Source: Eledone cirrhosa (lineage: Eukaryota). Taken from it: 64,000 nt of DNA. The notes below the pieces were generated by a model. That model made no database searches, was not told the DNA's origin, and saw only the letters and a program-made list of their open reading frames with translations. The position numbers and the translations under genes are program-made. Location: assembly GCA_964016885.1 (NCBI GenBank), contig OZ024744.1:10354001-10418000 (forward strand), written 5' to 3'. Shown piece after piece: positions 14,701-29,420 of the stretch. Within the stretch, counting starts at the first letter, position 1. The number at the start of each line of letters is the position of its first letter.

Positions 14701-17700
14701 AATCTGTTGTGTTGTTATACTCCAATCTGTTGTGTTGTTATACTGCAATATGTTGTGTTGTTATACTCCAATATGTTGTGTTGTTATACTCCAAGATGTT
14801 GTGCTGTGATACTCTAATATGTTGTGTTGTACTCCAATATGTTGTGTTGTTGTACTCCAATATGTTGTGTTGTTATACTCCAATATGCTGTGCTGTTGTA
14901 CTCCAATATGTTGTGTTGTACTCCAATATGTTGTGTTGTTGTACTCCTATATCATGTTGTCGTACTCCAATATGTCATGTTATACTCCAATATGTCGTTG
15001 TTATACTCCAATATGTCATGTTGCTGTACTCCAATATGTCATGTTGTTGTACTCCAATATGTTTTGATGTTGTACTCCAATATGTTGTGTTGTTGTACTC
15101 CAATATGTTGTGTTGTTATACTCCAATATGTTGTGCTGTTGTACTCCAATATGTCAGGTTGTTGTACTCCGATATTTCGTGTTGTTCTACTCCAATATTT
15201 CATGTTGTTTTACTCCAATATGTCGTGGTGTTGTACTCCAATATGTTTTGATGTTGTACTCCAATATGTCGTGTTGTTGTACTCCAATATGTTGTGTTGT
15301 TATACTCCACAATGTTGTGTTGTTGTTCTCCAATATGTCGTGTTGTTATACTCCAATATGTTGTGTTATTGTACTCCAATATGTTGTGTTGTTATACTCC
15401 AATATGCTGTGCTGTTGTACTCCAATATGTTATGTTATACTCCAATATGTTGTGTTGTTGTACTCCAATATATCATGTTGTCGTACTCCAATATGTCATG
15501 TTATACTCCAATATGTCGTTGTTATACTCCAATATGTCGTGTTGCTGTACTCCAATATGCCGCGCTGTTGTACTCCAATATGTTTTGATGTTGTACTCCA
15601 AGATGTTGTGCTGTGATACTCTAATATGTTGTGTTTTTGTACTCCAATATGTTGTGTTGTTGTACTCCAATATGTTGTGTTGTTGTAATCCAATATCTTG
15701 TGCTGTTATACTCCAATATGTTGTGTTGTTGTACTCCAATATGTTGTGTTGTTATACTCCAATATGTTGTGTTGTGATACTCCAAAGTGTTGTGCTGTTG
15801 TACTCCAATATGTTGTGTTGTTTTACTCCAATAGTTTGCGTTGTTGTACTCCAATCTGTTGTGTTGTTATATTCCAATATGTTGTGTTGTTATACTCCAA
15901 TATGTTGTGTTGTTGTACTCCAATATGTTGTGTTGTTGTACTCCAATATGTTGTGTTGTTGTACTCCAATATGTTGTGTTGTTGTAATCCAATATCTTGT
16001 GTTGTTATACTCCAATATGTTGTGTTGTTGTACTCCAATATGTTGTATTGTTGTTCTCCAATATGTCATGTTATACTCCAATATGTTGTGTTCGTGTACT
16101 CCAATATTTTGTGATATTGTACGCCAATATGTTGTGTTGTTGTACTCCAATATGTTGTGTTGTTATACTCCAATATGTTGTGTTGTTGTACTCCAATATG
16201 TTGTTGTACTCCAACATGTTGTGTTGTTGTACTCCAATATGTAGTGTTGTTGTAATCCAATATGTTGTGTTGTTGTACTCCAATATATAGTGTTGTTGTA
16301 CTCCAATATGTTGTGTTGTTGTACTCCAATATATTGTGTTGTTGTACTCCAATATGTTGTGTTGTTATACTCCAATATGTTGTGTTGTTATACTCCAATA
16401 AGTTGTGTTGTTTTACTCCAATATGTTGTGTTGTTATACTCCAGTATGTTGTGTTGTTGTACTCCAATATGTTGTGTTGTTATACTCCAATATGTTGTGT
16501 TATATTACTCCAATATGTTGTGTTGTTGTACTCCAATATGTTGTGTTGTTGTACTCCAATATGTTGTGTTGTTGTAATCCACTATCTTGTGTTGTTATAC
16601 TCCAATATGTTGTGTTGTTGTACTCCAATATGTTGTGTTGTTGTTCTCCAATATGTTGTGTTGTTATACTCCAATATGTTGTGTTGTGATATTCCAATAT
16701 GTTGTGCTGTTGTACTCCAATATTTTGAGTTGTTATACTCCAATATGTAGTGTTGTTATACGCCAATATGTTGTGTTGTTGTACTCCAATCTGTTGTGTT
16801 ATACTCCAATATGTTGTGTTGTTATACTCCAATATGTTGTGTTGTTATACTCCAATATGTTGTGTTGTTTTACTCCAATATGTTGTGCTGTTGAACTCCA
16901 ATATGTTGTATTGTTGATCTCCAATATGTCATGTTATACTCCAATAAGTTGTGTTCTTTTACTCCAATATGGTTTGTTGTTGTACTCCAATATGTTGTGT
17001 TGTCGTACTCCAATATGTCATGTTATACTCCAATATGTCGTTGTTATACTCCAATATGTCATGTTGTTGTACTACAATATGTCGTGTTGTTGTACTCCAA
17101 TATGTTTTGATGCTGTACTCCAATATGTTGTGTTGTTGTACTCCAATATGTTGTGTTGTTATACTCCAATATGTTGTCCTGTTGTACTCCAATATGTCAT
17201 GTTGTTGCCCGCCGATATTTCGTGTTATTGTACTCCAATATTTCGTGTTGTTGTACTCCAATATGTTGTGTTGTTGTACTCCAATATGTTGTGTTTTTGT
17301 ACTCCAATATGTTGTGTTTTTGTACTCCAATATGTTTTGATGTTGTACTCCAATATGTTGTGTTGTTATACTCCAATATGCTGTGTTGTTATACTCCTAT
17401 ATGTTGTGCTGTTGTACTCCAATATGTTGTTTTGTTATACTCCAATATGTTGTGTTGTTGTACTCCAATATGTTGTGTTGTTGTACTCCAATATGTGATG
17501 TTGTTGTACTCCAATATGTCGTGATGTTGTACTCCAATATGTTGTGTTGTTATACTCCAATATTTCGTGTTGTTTTACTCCAATATGTCATGTTGTTGTA
17601 CTCCAATATTTCGTGTTGCTGTATTCCAATATGTCATGGTGTTGTACTTCAATATGTCGTATTGTTGTACTCCAATATGTTGTGTTGTTGTTCTCCAATA

Positions 17701-20700
17701 TGTCGTGTTGTTATACTCCAATATGTTATGATGTTGGACTCCAATATATTGTGTTGTTGTACTCCAATATGTTGTGTTTTTGTAATCCAATATGTAATGT
17801 TGTTATACTCCAATATGTCTTGTTATAGTCCAATATGTCGTGTTGTTGTACTCCAATATGTCATGTTGTTGTACTCCAATATTTCGTGTTGTTGTACCCC
17901 AATATGTCGTGTTGATTATACTCCAATTTTTGTTGCTGTTGTACTCCAATATGTTGTGTTGTTGTACTCCAATATGTTGTGTTGTTATTCTCCAATATGT
18001 TGTGCTGTTGTACTCCAATGTGTTATGTTGTTATACTCCAATATGTTGTGCTGTGATACTCCAATATGTTGTGTTGTTGTACTCCAATCTGTTGTGTTGT
18101 TATACTCCAATATGTTGTGTTGTTATACTCCAATATGTTGTGTTGTTTTACTCCAATATGTTTTGTTGTTGTACTCCAATATGTTGTGTTGTTGTACTCC
18201 AATATGTTGTGTTGTTGTAATCCAATATCTTGTGTTGTTATACTCCAATATGTTGTGTTGTTGTACTCCAATATGTTGTGTTGTTGTTCTCCAATATGTC
18301 GTGTTGTTATACTCCAATATGTTGTGTTATGATACTCCAATATGTTGTGCTGTTGTACTCCAATATGTTGTGTTGTTATACTCCAATATGTAGTTTTGTT
18401 ATACTCCAATATGTTTTGTTGTTGTACTCCAATCTGTTGTGTTGTTATACTCCAATATGTTGTGTTGTTATACTCCAATATGTTGTGTTGTTTTACTCCA
18501 ATATGTTGTGTTGTTGTACTCCAATATGTTGTGTTGTTGTACTCCAATATATCATGTTGTCGTACTCCAATATGTCATGTTATACTCCAATATGTCGTTG
18601 TTATACTCCAATATGTCATGATGTACTCCAATATGTCGTGTTCTTGTGCTCCAATATGTCGTGTTGTCGTACTCCAATATGTTGTGTTGTTGTACTCCAA
18701 TATGTTGTGTTGTTGTACTCCAATATGTTGTGTTGTTATACTCCAATATGTTGTGCTGTTGTACCTTAATATTTCGTGTTGTTGTACTCCAATACATCGT
18801 GTTGTACTCCAATATGTTGTGTTGTTGTTGTACTCCAATATGTTTTGATGTTGTACTCCAATATGTTGTGTTGTTGTACTCCAATATGTTGTGTAGTCAT
18901 ACTCCAATACGTTGTGTTGTTGTACTCCAATATGATGTGATGTTGTACTCCAATATGATGTGCTGTTGTACTCCCATGCGTTGTGTTGTTGTACTCCAAT
19001 GTGTTGTGTTGTTATACTCCAATATGTTGTGTTGTTATACTCCAATATGTTGTGCTGTTGTACTCCAAATCTCGTGTTGTTATACTCCAATGTGTTGTGT
19101 TGTTATACTCCAATATGGTGTGTTGTTGTACTCCAATATGTTGTATTATTTTTCTCCAATATGCCATGTTATACTCCAATATGTTGTGTTCGTGTACTCC
19201 AATATGTTGTGTTATTGTACTCCAATATGTTGCGTTGTTGTACTCCAATATGTTGTGTTGTTATACTCCAATATGTTGTTGTTGTATTCCTATATGTTGT
19301 CTTGTTGTACTCCAAAAGGTCATATTATTGTACTCCAATATGTATTGTTATACTCCAATATGTCGTGTGTCTGTACTCCAATATGTCATTTTGTTGTACT
19401 CCAATATGTCTTGTTATAGTCCAATATGTCGTGTTGTTGTACTCCAATATGTCATGTAGTTGTACTCCAATATTTCGTGTTGTTGTACCCCAATATGTCG
19501 TGTTGTTTATACTCCAATATGTTTTGCTGTTGTACTCCAATATGTTGTGTTGCTGTACTCCAATATGTTGTGTTGTTGTACTCCAATATGTTGTGTTGTT
19601 GTAATCCAATATCTTGTGTTGTTATACTCCAATATGTTGTGTTGTTATACTCCAATATGTTGTGTTGTGATACTCCAATATGTTGTGCTGTTGTACTCCA
19701 ATATGTTGAGTTGTTATACTCCAATATGTAGTGTTGTTATACTCCAATATGTTGTGTTGTACTCCAATCTGTTGTGTTATACTCCAATATGTTGTGTTGT
19801 TATACTCCAATATGTTGTGTTGTTGTACTCCAATATGTTGTGTTGTTGTACTCCAATATGTTGTGTTGTTATTCTCCAATATGTTGTGCTGTTGTACTCC
19901 AATGTGTTATGTTGTTATACTCCAATATGTTGTGCTGTGATACTCCAATATGTTGTGTTGTTGTACTCCAATCTGTTGTGTTGTTATACTCCAATATGTT
20001 GTGTTCTTGTACTCCAATATGAAGTGTTGTAATACTCCAATATGTAGTGCTGTTGTTATACTCCAATATGTTGTGTTATAATCCAATGTGTTGTGTTGTT
20101 GTACTCCAATCTGTTGTGTTGTTATACTCCAATCTGTTGTGCTGTTATACTGCAATATGTTGTGTTGTTATACTCCAATATGTTGTGTTGTTATACTCCA
20201 AGATGTTGTGCTGTGATACTCTAATATGTTGTGTTTTTGTACTCCAATATGTTGTGTTGTTGTACTCCAATATGTTGTGTTGTTGTAATCCAATATCTTG
20301 TGCTGTTATACTCCAATATGTAGTGTTGTTGTACTCCAATATGTTGTGTTGTTATACTCCAATATGTTGTGTTGTGATACTCCAAAGTGTTGTGCTGTTG
20401 TACTCCAATATGTTGTGTTGTTTTACTCCAATAGGTTGCGTTGTTGTACTCCAATCTGTTGTGTTGTTATACTCCAATATGTTGTGTTGTTATACTCCAA
20501 TATGGTGTGTTGTTTTACTCCAATATGTTGTGTTGTTGCAATCCAATATGTTTGTGTTGTTTTACTCCAATATGTTGTGTTGTTATACTCAAATATGTTG
20601 TGTTGTTGTACTCCAATATGGTGTGTTGTTGTACTCCAATATGTTGTGTTGTTGTACTCCAATATGTTGTGTTGTTATACTCCAATATGTTGTGTTGGTG

Positions 20701-22247
20701 TACTCCAATATGTTGTGCTGTTGAACTCCAAATCTCGTGTTGTTATACTCCAATGTGTTGTGTTGTTATACTCCAATATGTTGTGTTGTTGTACTCCAAT
20801 ATGTTGTGTTGTTGTACTCCAATATGTTGTGTTGTTGTACTCCAATATGTTGTGTTGTTGTATTCCAATATGTGATGTTGTTGTACTCCAATATGTCGTG
20901 ATGTTGTACTCCAATATGTTGTGTTGTTATACTCCAATATTTCGTGTTGTTTTACTCCAATATGTCATGGTGTTGTACTCCAATATTTCGTGTGGCTGTA
21001 TTCCAATATGTCATGGTGTTGTACTTCAATATGTCGTATTGTTGTACTCCAATATGTTGTGTTGTTGTTCTCCAATATGTCGTGTTGTTATACTCCAATA
21101 TGTTATGATGTTGGACTCCAATATATTGTGTTGTTGTACTCCAATATGTTGTGTTTTTGTAATCCAATATGTAATGTTGTTGTACTCCAATATGTCTTGT
21201 TATAGTCCAATATGTCGTGTTGTTGTACTCCAATATGTCATGTTGTTGTACTCCAATATTTCGTGTTGTTGTACCCCAATATGTCGTGTTGATTATACTC
21301 CAATTTTTGTTGCTGTTGTACTCCAATATGTTGTGTTGTTGTACTCCAATCTGTTGTGTCGTTATTCTCCAATATGTTGTGCTGTTGTACTCCAATGTGT
21401 TATGTTGTTATACTCCAATATGTTGTGCTGTGATATTCCAATATGTTGTGTTGTTGTACTCCAATCTGTTGTGTTGTTATACTCCAATATGTTGTGTTGT
21501 TATACTCCAATATGTTGTGTTGTTTTACTCCAATATGTTATGTTGTTGTACTCCAATATGTTGTGTTGTTGTAATCCAATATCTTGTGTTGTTATACTCC
21601 AATATGTTGTGTTGTTGTACTCCAATATGTTGTGTTGTTGTTCTCCAATATGTCGTGTTGTTATACTCCAATATGTTGTGTTATGATACTCCAATATGTT
21701 GTGCTGTTGTACTCCAATATTTTGTGTTGTTATACTCCAATATGTAGTGTTGTTATACTCCAATATGTAGTGTTGTTGTACTCCAATCTGTTGTGTTGTT
21801 ATACTCCAATATGTTGTGTTGTTATACTCCAATATGTTGTGTTGTTTTACTCCAATATGTTGTGTTGTTGTACTCCAATATGTTGTATTGTTGTTCTCCA
21901 ATATGTCATGTTATACTCCAATAAGTTGTGTTCTTGTACTCCAATATGTTGTGTTGTTGTACTCCAATATGTTGTGTTGTTGTACTCCAATATATCATGT
22001 TGTCGTACTCCAATATATCATGTTATACTCCAATGTGTCGTTGTTATACTCCAATATGTCATGATGTTGTACTCCAATATGTCGTGTTCTTGTACTCCAA
22101 TATGTCGTGTTGTCGTACTCCAATATATTGTGTTGTTGTACTCCAATATGTTGTGTTGTTGTACTCCAATATGTTGTGTTGTTATACTCCAATATGTTGT
22201 GTTGTTATACTCCCAAAAGTTGTGTTGTTTTACTCCAATATGTTGTG
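11705..22247 (+). repeat. Higher-order repeat copy 2 (~10.5 kb), with 609-, 92- and 653-bp deletions relative to copy 1
   Basis: Collinear, identical or near-identical ORF translations: 860/11955 (offset 11095), 2411/13483 (11072), 4997/15997 (11000), 6360/17383 (11023), 9662/20047 (10385), 11107/21584 (10477). Confidence 0.88.
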
Positions 22248-25200
22248 TTGTTATACTCCAGTATGTTGTGTTGTTGTACTCCAATATGTTGTGATGTTGT
22301 ACTCCAAAATGTTGTGTTGTTGTACTCCAATATGTTGTGTTGTTGTACTCCAATACGTTGTGTTGTTGTACTCCAATATTTTGTGCTGTTATACTCCAAT
22401 ATGTTGTGTTGTTATACTCCAAAAAGTTGTGTTGTTTTACTCCAATATGTTGTGTTGTTATACTCCAGTATGTTGTGTTGTTGTACTCCAATATGTTGTG
22501 TTGTTGTACTCCAATATGTCATGTTATACTCCAATATGTCATGTTGTTTTACTCCAATATGTTGTGTTGTTGCACTCCAATATGTCGTGTTGTTGTACTC
22601 CAATATGTTGTGTTTTGTACTCCAATATGTTGTGTTATTGTACTCCAATATGTTGTGTTGTTATACTCCAATACGCTGTGCTGTTGTACTCCAATATGTT
22701 ATGTTATACTCCAATATGTTGTGTTGTTGTACTCCAATATATCATGTTGTCGTACTCCAATATGTCATGTTATACTCCAATATGTCGTTGTTATACTCCA
22801 ATATGTCGTGTTGCTGTACTCCAATATGCCGCGCTGTTGTACTCCAATATGTTTTGATGTTGTACTCCAATATGTTGTGTTGTTATACTCCAATATGTTG
22901 TGTTGTTGTACTCCAATATGTTGTGTTGTTATACTCCAATATGTTGTGCTGTTGTACTCCAATATGTCAGGTTGTTGTACTCCGATATTTCGTGTTGTTC
23001 TACTCCAATATTTCGTGTTGTTTTACTCCAATACGTCGTGGTGTTGTACTCCAATATGTTTTGATGTTGTACTCCAATATGTCGTGTTGTTGTACTCCAA
23101 TATGTTGTGTTGTTGAACTCCAATATGCTGTGTTGTTATACTCCTAAATGTTGTGTTGTTGTACTCCAATATGTTGTGTTGTACTCCAATATGTTGTGTT
23201 GTTACACTCCACAATGTTGTGTTGTTGTACTCCAATATGTCATGGTGTTGTACTTCAATATGTCGTATTGTTGTACTCCAGTATGTTGTGTTGTTTTTCT
23301 CCAATATGTCGTGTTGTTTTACTCCAATATGTCATGTTGTTGTACTCCAATATTTCGTGTTGTTGTACTCCAATATGTCATGGTGTTGTACTTCAATATG
23401 TCGTATTGTTGTACTCCAGTATGTTTTGTTGTTTTTCTCCAATATGTCGTGTTGTTATACTCCAATATGTTATGATGTTGTACTCCAATATATTGTGTTG
23501 TTGTACTCCAATATGTTGTGTTGTTATACTCCAATATGTTGTGTTATTTTACTCCAATATGTTGTGTTGTTGTACTCCAATATGTTGTGTTGTTGTACTC
23601 CAATATGTTGTGTTGTTGTAATCCAATATCTTGTGTTGTTGTACTCCAATATGTTGTGTTGTTGTTCTCCAATATGTTGTGTTGTTATACTCCAATATGT
23701 TGTGTTGTGATACTCCAATATGTTGTGCTGTTGTACTCCAATATGTGTTGTTGTTGTACTCCAATATGTTGCGTTGTTGTACTCCAATATATCATGTTGT
23801 CGTACTCCAATATGTCATGTTATACTCCAATATGTTTTGATGCTGTACTCCAATATGTTGTGTTGTTGTACTACAATATGTTGTGTTGTTGAACTCCAAT
23901 ATGTTGTTTTTTGTACTCCAATATGTCATGTTGTTGTACTCCAGTATGTCTTGTTATACTCCAATATGTCGTGTTGCTGTACTCCAATATGTCATGATGT
24001 TGTACTCCAATATGTTTTGCTGTTGTACTCCAATATGTTGTGTTGCTGTACTCCAATATGTTGTGTTGTTGTACTCCAATATGTTGTGTTGTTGTAATCC
24101 AATATCTTGTGTTGTTATACTCCAATATGTTGTGTTGTTATACTCCAATATGTTGTGTTGTGATACTCCAATATGTTGTGCTGTTGTACTCCAATATGTT
24201 GAGTTGTTATACTCCAATATGTAGTGTTGTTATACTCCAATATGTTGTGTTGTTGTACTCCAATCTGTTGTGTTATACTCCAATATGTTGTGTTGTTATA
24301 CTCCAATATGTTGTGTTGTTATACTCCAATATGTTGTGTTGTTTTACTCCAATATGTTGTGTTGTTGTACTCCAATATGTTGTATTGTTGATCTCCAATA
24401 AGTTGTGTTCTTGTACTCCAATATATTGTGTTGTTGTACTCCAATATGTTGTGTTTTTGCAATCCAATATTTAATGTTGTTATACTCCAATATGTCTTGT
24501 TATATTCCAATATGTCGTGTTGTTGTACTCCAATATGTCATGTTGTTGTACTCCAATATTTCTTGTTGTTGTACCCCAACATGGCGTGTTGATTATACTC
24601 CAATTTTTGTTGCTGTTGTACTCCAATATGTTGTGTTGTTGTACTCCAATATGTTGTGTTGTTGTACTCCAATATGTTGTGTTGTTATTCTCCAATATGT
24701 TGTGCTGTTGTACTCCAATGTGTTATGTTGTTATACTCCAATATGTTGTGCTGTGATACTCCAATATGTTGTGTTGTTGTACTCCAATCTGTTGTGTTGT
24801 TATACTCCAATATGTTGTGTTGTTATACTCCAATATGTTATGTTGTTTTACTCCAATATGTTGTGTTGTTGTACTCCAATATGTTGTGTTGTTGTACTCC
24901 AATATGTTGTGTTGTTGTTCTCCAATATGTCGTGTTGTTATACTCCAATATGTTGTGTTATGATACTCCAATATGTTGTGCTGTTGTACTCCAATATGTT
25001 GTGTTGTTATACTCCAAGATGTAGTGTTGTTATACTCCGATATGTTGTGTTGTTGTACTCCAATATGTTGTGTTGTTATACTCCAATATGTTGTGTTGTT
25101 ATACTCCAATATGTAGTGTTGTTATACTCCAATATGTTGTGTTGTTGTACTCCAATCTGTTGTGTTGTTATACTCCAATATGTTGTGTTGTTATACCCCA

Positions 25201-28200
25201 ATATGTTGTGTTGTTTTACTCCAATATGTTGTGTTGCCATACTCCAATATGTTGTGTTGTTGTACTCCAATATGTTGTGCTGCTGTACTCCAATATATTG
25301 TGTTATACTCCAATATGTTGTGTTGTTGTACTCCAATATGTTGTGTTGTTGTAATCCAAAATGTTGTGTTGTTATACTCCAATATGTTGTGTTGTAAAAC
25401 TCCAATATGTTGTGCTCCAATATGTTGTGTTATACTCCAATGTGTTGTGTTCTTGTACTCCAATATGAAGTGTTGTAATACTCCAATATGTAGTGCTGTT
25501 GTTATACTCCAATATGTTGTGTTATAATCCAATGTGTTGTGTTGTTGTACTCCAATCTGTTGTGTTGTTATACTCCAATCTGTTGTGTTGTTATACTGCA
25601 ATATGTTGTGTTGTTATACTCCAATATGTTGTGTTGTTATACTCCAAGATGTTGTGCTGTGATACTCTAATATGTTGTTTTTTTGTACTCCAATATGTTG
25701 TGTTGTTGTACTCCAATATGTTGTGTTGTTATACTCCAATATGCTGTGCTGTTGTACTCCAATATGTTGTGTTGTACTCCAATATGTTGTGTTGTTGTAC
25801 TCCAATATATCATGTTGTCGTACTCCAATATGTCATGTTATACTCCAATATGTCGTTGTTATACTCCAATATGTCATGTTGCTGTACTCCAATATGTCGT
25901 GTTGTTGTACTCCAATATGTTTTGATGTTGTACTCCAATATGTTGTGTTGTTGTACTCCAATATGTTGTGTTGTTATACTCCAATATGTTGTGCTGTTGT
26001 ACTCCAATATGTCAGGTTGTTGTACTCCGATATTTCGTGATGTTCTACTCCAATATTTCATGTTGTTTTACTCCAATATGTCGTGGTGTTGTACTCCAAT
26101 ATGTTTTGATGTTGTACTCCAATATGTCGTGTTGTTGTACTCCAATATGTTGTGTTGTTGAATCCAATATGCTGTGTTGTTATACTCCTATATGTTGTGT
26201 TGTTGTACTCCAATATGTTGTGTTGTTATACTCCACAATGTTGTGTTGTTGTACTCCAATAGGTTGTGTTGTTGTACTGCAATATGTGATGTTGTTGTAC
26301 TCCAATATGTTGTGTTGCTGTACTCCAATATGTTGTGTTGTTGTTCTCCAATATGTCGTGTTGTTATACTCCAATATGTTGTGCTATTGCACTCCAATAT
26401 GTTGTGTTGTTATACTCCAATATGCTGTGCTGTTGTACTCCAATATGTTATGTTATACTCCAATATGTTGTGTTGTTGTACTCCAATATATCATGTTGTC
26501 GTACTCCAATATGTCATGTTATACTCCAATATGTCGTTGTTATACTCCAATATGTCGTGTTGCTGTACTCCAATATGCCGCGCTGTTGTACTCCAATATG
26601 TTTTGATGTTGTACTCCAAGATGTTGTGCTGTGATACTCTAATATGTTGTGTTTTTGTACTCCAATATGTTGTGTTGTTGTACTCCAATATGTTGTGTTG
26701 TTGTAATCCAATATCTTGTGCTGTTATACTCCAATATGTTGTGTTGTTGTACTCCAATATGTTGTGTTGTTATACTCCAATATGTTGTGTTGTGATACTC
26801 CAAAGTGTTGTGCTGTTGTACTCCAATATGTTGTGTTGTTTTACTCCAATAGGTTGCGTTGTTGTACTCCAATCTGTTGTGTTGTTATACTCCAATATGT
26901 TGTGTTGTTATACTCCAATATGTTGTGTTGTTGTACTCCAATATGTTGTGTTGTTGTACTCCAATATGTTGTGTTGTTGTAATCCAATATCTTGTGTTGT
27001 TATACTCCAATATGTTGTGTTGTTGTACTCCAATATGTTGTATTGTTGTTCTCCAATATGTCATGTTATACTCCAATATGTTGTGTTCGTGTACTCCAAT
27101 ATTTTGTGATATTGTACGCCAATATGTTGTGTTGTTGTACTCCAATATGTTGTGTTGTTATACTCCAATATGTTGTGTTGTTGTACTCCAACATGTTGTT
27201 GTACTCCAACATGTTGTGTTGTTGTACTCCAATATGTAGTGTTGTTGTAATCCAATATGTTGTGTTGTTGTACTCCAATATATAGTGTTGTTGTACTCCA
27301 ATATGTTGTGTTGTTGTACTCCAATATGTTGTGCTGTTGTACTCCAATATGTTGTGTTGTTATACTCCAATATGTTGTGTTGTTATACTCCAATAAGTTG
27401 TGTTGTTTTACTCCAATATGTTGTGTTGTTATACTCCAGTATGTTGTGTTGTTGTACTCCAATATGTTGTGTTGTTATACTCCAATATGTTGTGTTATAT
27501 TACTCCAATATGTTGTGTTGTTGTACTCCAATATGTTGTGTTGTTGTACTCCAATATGTTGTGTTGTTGTAATCCAATATCTTGTGTTGTTATACTCCAA
27601 TATGTTGTGTTGTTGTACTCCAATATGTTGTGTTGTTGTTCTCCAATATGTTGTGTTGTTATACTCCAATATGTTGTGTTGTGATATTCCAATATGTTGT
27701 GCTGTTGTACTCCAATATTTTGAGTTGTTATACTCCAATATGTAGTGTTGTTATACGCCAATATAATGTGTTGTTGTACTCCAATCTGTTGTGTTATACT
27801 CCAATATGTTGTGTTGTTATACTCCAATATGTTGTGTTGTTATACTCCAATATGTTGTGTTGTTTTACTCCAATATGTTGTGCTGTTGAACTCCAATATG
27901 TTGTATTGTTGATCTCCAATATGTCATGTTATACTCCAATAAGTTGTGTTCTTTTACTCCAATATGGTTTGTTGTTGTACTCCAATATGTTGTGTTGTCG
28001 TACTCCAATATGTCATGTTATACTCCAATATGTCGTTGTTATACTCCAATATGTCATGTTGTTGTACTACAATATGTCGTGTTGTTGTACTCCAATATGT
28101 TTTGATGCTGTACTCCAATATGTTGTGTTGTTGTACTCCAATATGTTGTGTTGATATACTCCAATATGTTGTGCTGTTGTACTCCAATATGTCATGTTGT

Positions 28201-29420
28201 TGTCCTCCGATATTTCGTGTTATTGTACTCCAATATTTCGTGTTGTTGTACTCCAATATGTTGTGTTTTTGTACTCCAATATGTTTTGATGTTGTACTCC
28301 AATATGTTGTGTTGTTATACTCCAATATGCTGTGTTGTTATACTCCTATATGTTGTGCTGTTGTACTCCAATATGTTGTTTTGTTATACTCCAATATGTT
28401 GTGTTGTTGTACTCCAATATGTTGTGTTGTTGTACTCCAATATGTCGTGATGTTGTACTCCAATATGTTGTGTTGTTATACTCCAATATTTCGTGTTGTT
28501 TTACTCCAATATGTCATGTTGTTGTACTCCAATATTTCTTGTTGCTGTATTCCAATATGTCATGGTGTTGTACTTCAATATGTCGTATTGTTGTACTCCA
28601 ATATGTTGTGTTGTTGTTCTCCAATATGTCGTGTTGTTATACTCCAATATGTTATGATGTTGGACTCCAATATATTGTGTTGTTGTACTCCAATATGTTG
28701 TGTTTTTGTAATCCAATATGTAATGTTGTTATACTCCAATATGTCTTGTTATAGTCCAATATGTCGTGTTGTTGTACTCCAATATGTCATGTTGTTGTAC
28801 TCCAATATTTCGTGTTGTTGTACCCCAATATGTCGTGTTGATTATACTCCAATTTTTGTTGCTGTTGTACTCCAATATGTTGTGTTGTTGTACTCCAATA
28901 TGTTGTGTTGTTATTCTCCAATATGTTGTGCTGTTGTACTCCAATGTGTTATGTTGTTATACTCCAATATGTTGTGCTGTGATACTCCAATATGTTGTGT
29001 TGTTGTACTCCAATCTGTTGTGTTGTTATACTCCAATATGTTGTGTTGTTATACTCCAATATGTTGTGTTGTTTTACTCCAATATGTTTTGTTGTTGTAC
29101 TCCAATATGTTGTGTTGTTGTACTCCAATATGTTGTGTTGTTGTAATCCAATATCTTGTGTTGTTATACTCCAATATGTTGTGTTGTTGTACTCCAATAT
29201 GTTGTGTTGTTGTTCTCCAATATGTCGTGTTGTTATACTCCAATATGTTGTGTTATGATACTCCAATATGTTGTGCTGTTGTACTCCAATATGTTGTGTT
29301 GTTATACTCCAATATGTAGTTTTGTTATACTCCAATATGTCATGATGTTGTACTCCAATATGTCGTGTTCTTGTGCTCCAATATGTCGTGTTGTCGTACT
29401 CCAATATGTCGTGTTGTCGT
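22248..29420 (+). repeat. Higher-order repeat copy 3 (3'-truncated, unit positions ~1-7.4 kb)
   Basis: ORF 90..869 is identical to 22337..23116 (offset 22247). Collinearity holds to 7207/29156 and breaks at ~29.33-29.43 kb. Confidence 0.85.
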
